A stretch of 64,000 bases of DNA from Podarcis melisellensis. Taxonomy: Eukaryota. The notes below the pieces were generated by a model. The model was not told where the DNA came from, searched no databases, and saw nothing but the letters and a program-made list of their open reading frames with translations. Shown here piece by piece: positions 23,746 to 36,248 of this stretch. The DNA lies in assembly GCA_964234715.1 (NCBI GenBank), contig OZ174276.1. One strand, written 5' to 3'. Each line of letters opens with the position of its first letter. Positions within the stretch are counted from its first letter, which is position 1. The translations under genes and the position numbers were made by a program.

Positions 23746-26700
23746 ATCCTTCCTTTTCTGTCCTTTGGTATCTCAAGCGGCATTCATCTTGCGAATTCAC
23801 ACTTAATCCCGCCCCCTTTTCCATCACCATGGCTATGCCATATAGATGCATGCACAGTACAAGCCACAATTCTCATTCAATGTTCTAATGCAGGTGTCAG
23901 CAGCTCTGCATCTTCATGCACAAATTGACTTTGGTGGAATCTCTTCAGGCTTTGCACTCCCCCATTTCAAGCAACAGACCAAGAGAATAGCATTCTCCTT
24001 CCACCTGTGCAATTCTGGCTGGATGGCATGCCTAGCACCATGTCCCAGTATGCTACAGTAGTTGTACACTCACTTGCACAATCTCCTGTCTGGCATTGTG
24101 ATCACGGCAGACCCCTCTTGAAGTAAACCGAGATGAAGGCCTCAGAATAAAATAGCTGGTGCTATTAGTGCTTTGCAGAAAGGAAGAGCTGGGCATGTTG
24201 CTACAGTTCCCTCCCTTTGCCACTTGCAAAATTGACACGTACAAGACAGGCAGCAGAAACCTCAAAACAAACCTGGACTCGTTGGGGAGGTGAGATNNNN
24301 NNNNNNNNNNNNNNNNNNNNNNNNNNNNNNNNNNNNNNNNNNNNNNNNNNNNNNNNNNNNNNNNNNNNNNNNNNNNNNNNNNNNNNNNNNNNNNNNNNNN
24401 NNNNNNNNNNNNNNNNNNNNNNNNNNCTTAATACCAACAGGTTGGCCCTGTTACTGTTACCTGGTTTTTGTAACCCTTTCTACTCATAAGAACATGCTTA
24501 CATAAACTGTGCATTAAAAAGGTACATCAAGGTGCATTAGTGGTTTAGGGGCCTAAAGGAGATGCTCTCAGATCATGATTTAATAGCCTTGGGAATTTAT
24601 CCAGTAACAATTGCCTTCTGTGGATTATGCCACCCAGTGTGTAGCTTTGACTGGCTTCCCTCTCAAACTCCTCCTACCCTAAAGCGTTTTCTCCAAAACA
24701 GACCCCAGATTCACCTTTTGTGTGTGTAGAACGGATGAAGGATTGCATCCTGCAGAATCAAGTATGAACTTGCAGGGAAGGACAGAAAGAGAGATAAGGG
24801 CCGATAAAATATGTAAAAAGGGAAGTTGTTCTGCAGTTCCTAAAGTTCAAGCAGGAAAGGTGATCCAATGCAGAGTGTGATGCCTTAGCTAGCAATGCTA
24901 GATTCTTTTGGGCATCCCCATCTGAATCAATGCTGTGTGCTGAAGACAGGGGCTCTCAGCTGGTCTTATTACAGATGGAAAATAATATTGCTTCAATAAA
25001 ATGTTCCTCTTCTGGTAGTCAAATTGCACATTAGCACAATTAGACCTTCACTGGGATAATGTTAAATATTTTGCGATGAATGATAACCTTTTCTTTTAAT
25101 ATGAGTCTGTTATTTGTTCCTCCAGTCTTAGGTAGTGCAGTGCTTAAATAACATGCAATTACTCCAGCGAACCTTTTTAGGAACAATGAAAGTACTGCTG
25201 GATATTTAGTGATCATGTGTCTTCTTCACCACATCTAGAGATCTTTGGAATTTCCTAAAAACTGAACCTTCCAAAACTCTGTCCCCAAATTAAAACAACA
25301 AATTTTGGGAGGCTGTTTTACATCTTATTCCAGGCAAGGAAAACACACTGGTACCAGTCTAGAGAAATCTGTGTTCCTTTGTTTTCAATGGCACTGAAGT
25401 GTGACTAACTTTTTTTGGACTGATGCCACCTCAGGACAGTGCATAATTTACACACTGCGTTGTTTGAGACGGTATGTACTGGCTGTGCAACTCCTGACTT
25501 GTTCCAGAAATGTGGTTTTGTCTGTGAGAAAGTCACAGAGAAACTGGATCCATTGCCTTGATCTGCCTTAGCTGATCTACCCATTATACAGAATGTGGTG
25601 GTGAACTGAGATACTAAAATTCTGGACTGCACCATTTCATTCTGCTCTCTCTGTGTGTTTGGAATTCCCTAGATGCAGTAAAAGAGCTTACCAGGGAGAA
25701 AGGCTTTTTGTGTCCTAGTTTATTAAACTCAGAGAGCTTTAAATATGAAGGAAGTTTCCACAAATTCACCCTCAGTGGAATTCTGAGACAGTACAGAATT
25801 CTACCAACTCTTCTCTGTAGAACAAGACTCACATCTGTACTTTGAATATTGGGGGAAGGCTAGAGAAAAGCATGGGAGAAAGGAATGCCTTTGGCTATGC
25901 CTATGTTCAGGGCTTGTGTCTTCAACATCTCTTTCTTATGGGGTGTTTCTGTGTCTCCCCAGTAGCCATTCATCCATTCCAATTCCAATGTGTTTCCTCA
26001 TCACTTTCCAAACCACAAAAGCCCTTTGTTGTTTTTTAAAATGGATTTGTTGTACTAGGACAACAGAAAGCTTTAATCCACTTTAATTGTGCAAACCTTA
26101 AGTCTGAATACCTCCCAGAAAATACTGACACTTTGGAGACGCCCTCCCTTGCCTTTTCTATACTACCTTGTATAGTGTACACTACCCTGATTGGGGGAAA
26201 GATAAACAAGGTTTATGCTAACTTGTTGGAAAGAAATTGGACTCAGTTTGCATTTAAAGGTGAACCTACCTAATTTGTTCTTTCCAAAACAAGATGTAAA
26301 CTGAAACACTGCCATTCTTCAAAATTTGCACTTCTCTGAATTTTGCAATGATGTTCTCTGGCCAATTATTGTGTGTACTAGTGAAAATGACAACTTTGCA
26401 AACTGAGGTAGCAATATGGAGAAGTGAATTTAAGATTAGGAAAGGGAGAAATGGAGAGAAACTGAAATTGACATATGCACCTATCCTTAACTATGTTGAC
26501 ATTTCATTCCCCCCCCCTTCATTAGCTTTTAGGGAAAGCTGTGGGCTTTGTCACGTGAGATGGGGTGCTGTTGTCATCCCCCCCCCTTGCCATTTATGTC
26601 ATGTACATTTGCTAAATATGAAAAGCAATGAAATGCTAATTTAACAAAAAGGAAAGGAAAAAGAAAGGGTTTCAGGGGTCAGGACAGTGCAGTACGTGTT

Positions 26701-27011
26701 ATTCCTTCAGCTCCCTGTATAGGTTGCTGGAATGTTGGCATTGAGTGTGTGCCTTTGTCAGGAATGTACCTGCCAGCTTGGCCAGCTTCATTCTGTATTG
26801 GGGAGACAGGATCTCTACAACTTTGTTAGTGCACGTCAGTGTGTTGTAGGAGTGGAATGCCGTATCACAGCCTTCACCAACCTGGTGCTGTCCAGATGAT
26901 TAAGGCTACAGCTCCCACCAGCCCTGGTCAGTGCTGACTGGGGCTGATGGGAGTTGTGGTCCAAAACATCTGGAGAGCATCAGGCTGGCAAAGGCTTTTG
27001 TCCATGATTTA

Positions 27012-27590
27012 TTGTCACAGAGCCAGTCAGAAAAACACACAGTTAAAAGCTGGAGTTGACTCTTTATGAGCAAAACACAGTATTCACAGACTTGGCTAAG
27101 TTTCAGGCATAATGAGCCCAGCAGCTCATGCCCTGAGGGTCCTACTCCCTGAAATCAGTTGCAGAGACTAAAAGCCCACCCCCTGCCAGTTTTCTGTGTC
27201 TTCCCCTCCTCTTTGGGGCTACTTGCAAGCAACCTGAAACTGCGCCTGCATGCAGTCTGTCTTTGCTACTCCCATTTCATGCCTCTTCTGGTTCTTGGAG
27301 TCGGCAGGGAGGAGCGCTTGTCACAGCAGGAGGGGGAGACACTCACGACTCTTCAGCAGCCTGACTCATCTCTGCCTCATGGCCTCCCTCCTCCCGCTAT
27401 CCTGCTCCAGCTTCTGCCTCTGGTTCTGGGCTTCTCTCTGCCACAGACTCTCCCGGCTCACTTAGCCCTGTTACCCCTTCTGCTTCCAACACCTCCTCTG
27501 CTCGGTCTTCTTCAAGCCTTCTTCCCTTGGTGGTTCCTCACCCCATCTGGTTCCTCCCACCATTGCTAAGTGTCCAACCAGTCCTATGAA
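27012..27590 (-). mobile_element. Degraded Gypsy-like solo LTR
   Basis: TGTCAC end and purine-rich U3 on minus; architecture parallels 4924-5358; no TSD resolved. Confidence 0.6.
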
Positions 27591-28668
27591 ACCTAAGTGC
27601 ATAATGTGTGTATTCTGTATGAGAAAAGGAGCCTTTAACTGAAAGGTAATATTGAGATGGAAAGGTGCCAGAATACACAGTGGCGCTAGTGTGAGTTGTC
27701 TACTGCCATAGTATGAACTTCTTCCTGTTCAAGTCGTGTGTTTTGTCTGATTCCCATCCCCACCCCTGGCTGGAAAGTGATAAGGCTCTGTGAGAGGCAG
27801 CCAAACAGCTTCATACGCGTCCTCCAACAGCTGTCAGGTAGAAATTCTCTTACTGTATTGTTATAGTTCCAGTTGTGCAAGATTGGGGCAGTAACCCTTA
27901 TGCAAACCTGCAGTGCCTGAGCAAATAGGAGAATTGAGTAACCGGAGATAATAACTTCAAGGCCACTTATTCTTCATGCAACGCTGTGAAGTGTGACATA
28001 CCCTGAAATGTGTTCTTTATGATTCAAAGATATTTTAATATTGTTTTATTGAGCTTATGAATCAGATCCTGGCTCTGCATCCCTCACATTGCCGGAAGGG
28101 CAAGATTATGGGTCTGCTAAACTTTATACGTTTTTGTATTTCTGACTATTGAAGCGGAGAATACAAAACTGAAATACGCTGTTCTCTATTAATCTCCATC
28201 TGGCAAAATGGCCCTTAGAGGTGGCTCTTTTCCTGCATCATTATGGTGTGAATTAGAATAGGAATGGGTGGCAATGTTATGTGGGAGTGCAGTTTAGATT
28301 TTTCCAGCTTTAGAATACGGATGCTGAAGTTAAGATGCTGAAGTCTAAGAACCTAACAGCCCTGCGATTTTTCAATTGACTCGCATACAATCCAGGACAA
28401 AGCACCACCTTTTGGAAATTCCCTCCAGGCATCAATTCCACCTTTGAAATCACAGTAATTTCCAATAAAATCTGAACATATGGCAGCCCTACCAACCAGA
28501 TGCTTGTAGCACGCCCACAGACTGGACCTGAGAGCAACAGTGCTCTCTCCACTTAGGATTCCCAGCCACTGAGATTCAGAGGCATACTGCCTCCAACAGT
28601 GGAGACAGAACATAGTCATTGTGACTAGCATACCCTTCAACATTTTTCTGATTAAAATGGTGATATCC

Positions 28669-28669
<1 letters not shown>

Positions 28670-28709
<40 letters not shown>

Positions 28710-28780
28710 TTTATTATTTATATGCCAGCCATTAAACATTTTAAAAACTGCCTTCAGGTGTCTTCTAAAGGTTGTACAGT
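28670..28780 (-). repeat. (AAT)n microsatellite grown from an L2-type 3' tail
   Basis: (AAT)n followed by ctgccttcaggtgtcttctaaa L2 remnant. Confidence 0.75.
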
Positions 28781-29284
28781 TACTTATGGCTCGGGGGTCG
28801 CATGGACTACTATGACAGCCTTTTCCTCCATGAAATTGCCTCATCACCTTTTAAAGCCAAATGCGTGGCCATCACTCCATCCTGTGGGATTTAGGCCCCA
28901 TTCATTGCTGCTGTGGCAGGGTCATTACTGTGTACATTACAATTTGCACACGGTAAGGGTGTTGTAGTTGTAGCAGTAGGCAAGCGGAAACCACGCGACT
29001 CTCTCAGATTGTGTGATTGTGTAGCATCACAACGACATTCGTCCAGGGCACATGGGCAGGAGAAATCATGGGATCAGGACAACGCACAGGGTTACCTCCA
29101 AAGTGGGTAAGTTACCTCTACATATGTGGAGTCTCAGCTACATAGAAATGGGGCGTTGAGTGAGTAGTCAGCAGTACAGTGGTAATCTGTGAATAATTTC
29201 CCCATTTCTTGACAACCTAACTAATTAGGTTACTTAGCTTACTTAGTCAGGAGCTCTACTCGTTTCAATGCCAGTCTTTCCACA

Positions 29285-29482
29285 ATAAAAAAATTCCTTC
29301 CCGTAGCACCTTAGAGACCAACTAAGTTTGTTATTGGTATGAGCTTTCGTGTGCATGCACACTTCTTCAGATACCAAGCTCATACCAATAACAAACTTAG
29401 TTGCTCTCTAAGGTGCTACGGGAAGGAATTTTTATATTTTGTTTTGACTACGGCAGACCAACATGGCTACCTACCTGTAACT
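29285..29482. mobile_element. Penelope-like element remnant with inverted pseudo-LTR arrangement
   Basis: ~58-bp inverted repeat (about 29288-29346 vs 29376-29433) followed by ...gcagaccaacatggctacctacctgtaact; flanking duplication AGTCTTTCCACA/AGTCTTTTCACA (29273-29284, 29483-29494). Confidence 0.85.
29334..29377 (-). ncRNA. Minimal type-I hammerhead ribozyme (Penelope-associated)
   Basis: Minus: UUGGUAU-CUGAAGA-A-GUGUG(CAUG)CACAC-GAAA-GCUC^AUACCAA. Stem I 7 bp, full catalytic core, stem II, palindromic AGCU in place of stem III. Confidence 0.75.
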
Positions 29483-29644
29483 AGTCTTTTCACACTTCAT
29501 TTACCGGTAACTACCTGGAGAGTCTTATTTGTCCCATGGTTATTGGCAAGCATGTCTCCCATGTTAGTTTCAAAGCAATCATGGTTTGAAATTGCAGTAA
29601 TGTGCATCAATGTTTTACAAATATACCATTTTAAAAAAACAAAA

Positions 29645-29860
29645 CAATTTATTTTTTATACCCTGCCCATCTGGCTGGGTTTCCCCAGTCACTCTGGGCA
29701 GCTCCCAACAGAATATTAAAACAGAATAAAACATCAAACATTAAAAACTTCCCTAATCAGGGCTGCCTTCAGATGTCTTCTAAAAATCAGATAGTTGTTT
29801 ATTTCCTTGGCATCTGATGGGAGGGCGTTCCACAGGATGAGTGCCACCACCGAGAAGGCT
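29645..29860 (-). mobile_element. L2 LINE 3' end
   Basis: tataccctgcccatctggctgggtttccccagtcactctgggc...gggagggcgttccacagg; relatives at 35450-35630, 38235-38320 and 61860-62220. Confidence 0.75.
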
Positions 29861-32164
29861 AAGTAAAACTTGCTCCAGGTTTCCTGCTATAGAATAAATC
29901 TAAGGAAATATATTTGTATATGCAGTGGCAGTAGCAGCTAGTTTTGAAGCAGACTTTTTTTGCACACAAATCAGGCTACTAATACTCTGCATGTAATACA
30001 TAGACTAGTATGGGGAACATATCGTTTTTTAAACTACAGAGCATCCATTCAGCGGGAGTACTCTCTGGGAGTAGGAAATTATGTGGGTTTCCTTTTGCAG
30101 AGAGTCAGCAGTTCCAAGGATTTTCTTTTCCAGGTAGAAAACAATTCATTAACGGGATACACATTATAAAGGGATTATGAGTAAATGCATTTTTATATGA
30201 TACTGAGGGAATGTGACAGAGGCTTCAATGAACGTCGTAACATTTACTCAATCTGTCTCCATGTTTTGCAACAAGTAGGCACAAGGTGAGATTTGTGGCA
30301 AACTTATCTTAGAAGCATCAGCGGTGAAATGATAATTAACTGGCCAACCTTCACAGAAGCCGACCGAGACAAAATACAAGCATTCTGATCCATCAAGGAT
30401 TACCCACATGTGGAAACAGGCTTCTGCACGTGGATCCGCTGTGTGAAAACGGTGTGGTTGAGGTACGAGGCAATTCGGAATTTCCATTCCAGTTGAAAAA
30501 CTTGGACTAAGCGTCCAAGGGCTTCACTGGGAACAACAGCACACCATTGCAGAGTCATAGCAAAAGTATATCTGTGACTTGAAGCAGGCTATCAAGCTTC
30601 TATTTGTTTATTTATTCCCTTGCCTTTTCTTCAAGAAGTTCAAAGAAGTGCATACATGGTTATCTGCGCCAATTTTGTCTTCACAACAACCCTACAAGAT
30701 AGGCTAGGCTGAGAGGTAGTGACAGGCCGAAGCTTCATGGCTGAATAGGGATATAAACCCAACTCTCCCCATTCATAATCCAACACTCTAACCATTGCAC
30801 TGTACTGTCTGCCTTCCTGATAAAGAACTAACAGAGTAAGTGTAGTGTAGTAACTAGACTGCTAGATTGGGAAGGCCTGAATTCACATCAGCAATGAAGC
30901 CTGTGGGAATCTCTTATACAAGTTGCTGTATTGCCTACCTCGTAAGGTTGGTGTAAGGGGAAAAAATGAGGAAAAGGAACTTTCAAGGTTAGCTCTTTGA
31001 GGCAGTAAGTCAACCTTATGAGACAAACATAAAATTGTATGTCATCCCCTAGCACATGGTTGTAACATCTGTGCTGACATTACTGAACACCTGTTGGGTG
31101 TGAATGTAATGTGGAAGGTACCAAATCCAATCTCACCACCAATCCAGGCAAGTGATTGGCGCTGTCAAAGCTGTCTGAGCCAGACATCAGTTAAGGGGAT
31201 ATATTTACATGAAACTTTTGAAAATGAGACCAGTTTAATCTTTCCCCCTTATCCTCTGTCAGTCAACTAAATATCCTCCGTCACTAAGCTAAACATTGCT
31301 ACATCAACCAGGTGGATGACAGTGTTAATTCCCTCCCTCAAATGGTCCTTTTTCTATATTTCCATATCCCAAGTTGCATTCTGACAATCTCTCGGTTGTC
31401 TTGCTCCTTTAACTACCTGTGCATTATTATTTCTTAAACTCAGGCGTGGTTGCTAACATCTAGTTCACCCCAAGTTCTTGGATAAATATGCATTCTCTGC
31501 AACAAGCAAATGCCTGCACCCAAATCTATGCACTATGCTCATCATCAGTGACACGCGGGCAGTTTCTCAAAATAAATGTTTACGTCAGTATGGTTTTATA
31601 AGTTATCCGTGCTCAGTTATACGTACCTTGATCCAATGACAACGAACTGTGGTTTGTTGTGAGAAGAACGTGCTGCAACAAGCTTCAGATCTGAGGAATC
31701 CTTCTTTCCCCTGCAACATGTATGAAAAGAAACTTCTGTTCAGAGTTTGTAACAAACAGCATTTCATTAGAATACCAAAACTGTGGTTGGTGCAAACCGT
31801 TATTAGGGAGGGAGAGTTGATGGCTGGAAATCTTTTATTAAGATTTTTCATAACATAGTAAGATTACAACTACAGAAAATACAAATCAAATAAGTAAAAT
31901 CTTCTCTTAAAAGTAATTATTGGTCCTTACTACCCACTGGGGACAGTAGCTCCTCCCAGTTCCCAGCTGGGATCTTTCCTTTCTCATTCCCGCCTTTCAC
32001 CCTGGGAGACTGACATTCCTCAGGATCCTCCGCCAACCATCTACCTCGCTGATGAGTATACAATCTCTCGACTTTAACAAATGCCCCAAACATAGGACTC
32101 TAAAGAAGGAAGAAAGAAAAAGAAACAAAGAAGAGAAACAGAAAAAAGAAAGAAAGTGACAATA

Positions 32165-32247
32165 GGAAGGAAGGAAGGAAGGAAGGAAGGAAGGAAGGAA
32201 GGAAGGAAGGAAGGAAGGAAGGAAGGAAGGAAGGAAGGAAGGAAGGA
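32165..32247. repeat. (GGAA)n microsatellite within an old L1-like 3' UTR (~31830-32600, minus)
   Basis: About 20 GGAA units read directly; the flanking L1 assignment is tentative. Confidence 0.9.
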
Positions 32248-33017
32248 AAAAGAGAGTGAGAAAAAGAATGAAAAAGAAACATCAGCAAAAGATACAAAAG
32301 GAAAACTTTCAGTTTTCTATCTACCAATTACATTAAACAACAAATAAATGATTATTTTAAACATTCGGTCCATGCTAACATCCATCGTCTTCACTCCCCC
32401 CCCCCAAAAAAAGTTCAAGGTACGTTCCCTAATTGTTATTTACCGTACCTCCATTAATTCTCACCACCATTACTTAATATTGAATAATAAATTCTTCTGC
32501 CCATGTCCATTTAAAGCCTCCACTAGGATCACATGTTAGGCCAGTATTTCATATTTTCTCTCTTTCATTATATATCCACTAGTTCATGCGCAGTTCACTA
32601 TGTTCAGTTCCATTTCCTGTTGTATTTCCAGGAAATCAGAAAATCAAACCAAGATCAACCTATGGATTAATAATGAGTTTTTGAAACTGAGCATGATTTG
32701 TACAAAACAAAGTTTCTTGTATTCAGATGAAGTGGGAAACTGGTCTGTTATAGAACCCTGATTGGACACTTTACATCTCCACTCATGCACGAGGGAAAGA
32801 AATGGGGAGGGGAACATGCAGTCCTGGGGTTCATTGCAGTAGATTCCACGATGATTGTTACATTGCCTGAATGCATTCAGTGATCCTTGAAAATATAGGA
32901 GTCCTGGTGCTCTTTCAGTGGTATTGGCAAGAGCTTAAAACTGCCCTTTTCAATAATAGGGACAGTTCTGTGTATGAAGGGAATGTAAACACAGAACTGC
33001 CCTCCCCCTAGAAGTTA

Positions 33018-33934
33018 CCGTATTTTTCGCTCGATAACACACACCTGACCATAACACGCACATAGTTTTTAGAGGAGGAAAACGAGAAAAAAAAATCTGA
33101 ATGAAACAGTGGATGTATCATTTTTGTGCTTCATGCTGTGGCCACAGACATGTGATTTGACGGTGAGTTTGGGATAGCCCAATGCAAAAATCCTGAGAAT
33201 CCATGGGATCTGTGCTTTGTAACCACGTTTTTGCACCATTGGAGCCCCAGGCAACAGTGGGTGCGTGTTTTTTTTTGGTGCAGGCTGTAGCCATGGACAT
33301 GCTATGTGATCTGATGGTGAATTGGGGTGACCCAATGCAAAGATCCTGAGGATCCATGTGGATCCGTGCTTTGTAACCACATTTTAAATGGGGAGGGAAG
33401 GAAAAACACAGAAAGGACAAGGAGCACGAGAGGGGTGTGCGGAGAAGCAGCTGGCTAACAATGCAGGAGAGGGGTTTAACGGGAGGGAGGAAAGNNNNNN
33501 NNNNNNNNNNNNNNNNNNNNNNNNNNNNNNNNNNNNNNNNNNNNNNNNNNNNNNNNNNNNNNNNNNNNNNNNNNNNNNNNNNNNNNNNNNNNNNNNNNNN
33601 NNNNNNNNNNNNNNNNNNNNNNNNNNNNNNNNNNNNNCTGCGATGCTGGACGCAGCAGCAATAGCAGCGGAGCACGAAGAGGAGGAGGTGGTGGCTGTCG
33701 GCTGCACTCCTAGCGAAAACAGTGGGCAGTAAGACCCTGAGGCAGAATGCAGGAAAGCAGCAACCTCCTCTTTTTAGCCTTCCCTCCTCCGCGATCTGAT
33801 TTTTGCCTGATTTTTGCCCCTGTCCTCGGGCCAGTCGGCTCCAGGGACCACACATTCGCTCAATAACACGCACAGACATTTCCCCTTACTTTTTAGGAGA
33901 AAAAAATGTGAGTGTTATAGAGAGAAAAATACAG
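33018..33934. mobile_element. Tc1/pogo(Tc2)-type non-autonomous transposon spanning an N gap
   Basis: TA-CCGTATTTTTCGCTCGATAACAC ... GTGTTATAGAGAGAAAAATACAG; internal duplicated segment. Confidence 0.85.
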
Positions 33935-35352
33935 ATAATTGCAGAAAGGCTACTTTCTAAGAGCCCCATCTGTGAAGTCAACATGGCACTCTGTAGCAGA
34001 GATCAGCGACATGGTGAGGGTTCATTGCAACTGGAAATGAAATGACCGTGTTGATGTGCAGGTGTACAACTCTAGAAACAGTACAGACTTTAAGAGAGCT
34101 CTACAAACACACACACACACACACACACACCCCAAAGCAGGCTCGACTTGTTTCCTGATTTGTTCAGGCTTTTCATGTCTAAAAAGTGATAATTAAAATT
34201 ATGTTTGAATGTACTTTTGTCTCAGGTATATGACATCTCACTAATATTTCAGAGGTTTGTGTGTGGCATAGCTGTATACCGGAGGACATTTCAAAAGTAG
34301 GAGGAAGCAGAACTCTTCAGTTGCTAGTTATGAGATTCCCAGGAAATGCTAGACTTCTATGTAGCTGACAACTGTTTTTTAAAAAAACAAAACAACAACA
34401 AAAAACCAGGACCATTTCTGGGCTTTTAATAGTGGAAATGTAGGAAATGGGTGAAGCCGTTTGTGCCAGGGAAAACTTCACCTGTTAAATGCAGGCATAA
34501 CAGGCGCCTGTCATTTTACAAGTTTAAAAGTTTGACATCTCTAGAGTGAGATAGTGTATTACCAGTTGTATGTATGTATATTGCTTAGATGTGTGTACCA
34601 TTTACAAGATTCAACTTGTATCTGTATCTGTAGCTTTGAGAAGCAGCCTGATGTTTCAGAGCTGCTCTGTGTCTTTCGCATTTGAGTCATCATTCAAGGC
34701 TGAATTAGATAATTTAAAATGAAGCTCTTTCCACCACCACCCCTCAGTAAAATGAGGGAATATAAAAACAGACATGATATTATTGACAGACATAGAAGAG
34801 ATTTAAAAACAAACAAAGAAAAAGTCTATAACTTCATTACTTGTCAGAATGAGAGGCAAGTTCCAGGCATTGTTACTCCTCCTGAGGGAATGAAGCTTGC
34901 AAAATTTTGGGATTAAAGCTGCAGCTTTCACTCTCCTGCAAGAACAGACTTTACTGTTTTGGGGGAGAGTACAGAGAGAATCATAGCCTGAGGTAGTGTT
35001 GCTGGGGGGGGGGGGAAGCATGGATCCCTAAGAAAGACCTGGATAGGTGAAATGTCACTCTCCACAAGAAGGATTTTATTACCCCAATGGTCATTGGTAG
35101 GGAGTGGAGTTCTGGCTCCTCCTTACAGATTTCTGGGATCCCTGGGATGGATTGATGTCTTCCTTGCATAGGGACCAATCCCTTACTTACCTAAGGGAAG
35201 GGGCTCATGGAAAACAGCATAAATCCTCAGACTGAAATGTCACCCTCCCAGCAATGACACTCCCCCCCATGGTCATTGCTGAAGGCTGGGGTTTTGCCAC
35301 CCCCATGGGTTTCTGGGATACAATGAAAACCTCTCAATTGACTTTCATAGGA

Positions 35353-35395
35353 TGATAATAATAATAGTAATAATAGTAATAGTAATAATAATAAT

Positions 35396-35450
<55 letters not shown>
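35353..35450. repeat. (AAT)n microsatellite at the tail of an L2 3' end (35450-35630, minus)
   Basis: Direct reading. Confidence 0.93.
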
Positions 35451-35883
35451 TATACCCTGCCAACTCTGGGCGGCTCCCACCAGAATATTAAAAACACGAT
35501 AAAACACCAAACGTTAAAAACTTCCCTAAACATGGCTGCCTTCAGATGTCTTCTAAAAGTCAAATAGTTGTTTATTTCCTTGACAACTGATGGGAGGGCG
35601 ATAGTACCGAGAAGGCCCTCTGCTTGAGAAGGCATGGATCTGCATGAAAAACAAAAACCGTTTTTAATACCTTCCCCAAATCTCTGCAACTGAAGTGCCC
35701 TGAAGAAAATAAAACACTGTGATTGAGAGCTGTCTATCAAAATGAAGGATTCCCTCTCTTCCCTTGCTCATACACCAACCATTTCCCCATACTTACTGGT
35801 TTATTTTCAGAGCAGAGGACTCAAAAGCAGGTGGCAGTGAAAATTCTTGGACAACTGAAGCCACAGAGCTACTCATGAGCTTA

Positions 35884-36248
35884 CCGTATTTTTTGCACCA
35901 TAACACTCACTTTTTTCCTCCTAGAAAGTAAGGGGAAATGTCTGTGCATGTTATGGAGTGAATGCCTGCGGGTGGCGGGGGGGATCTGCTGCAGTTGTGA
36001 GCAGAGGATCCATCGTTCCCCTTCCTTCCCTCCTCTGTGGTTACAAAGCATGGATCCACATGGATCCTCAGGATTTTTGCATTGGGCTACTCCAAACTCA
36101 CTGTCAGATCACATGCCTGTGGCCACAGCATGAACCACAAAAATCATATATCCACTATTTCGTTTAGAATATTTTTTTTCTGGTTTTCCTCCTCTAAAAA
36201 CTATGTGCGTGTTATGGTCTGGTGCATGTTATAGAGCAAAAAATACGG
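35884..36248. mobile_element. Tc1/pogo(Tc2)-type MITE, same family as 33018-33934, opposite orientation
   Basis: TA-CCGTATTTTT...AAAAATACGG-TA; shared internal sequence. Confidence 0.88.

Noticed and set aside
33118-33879. 253-aa ORF and other ORFs crossing N runs
   Set aside because: Open only because of assembly gaps; lies within a MITE
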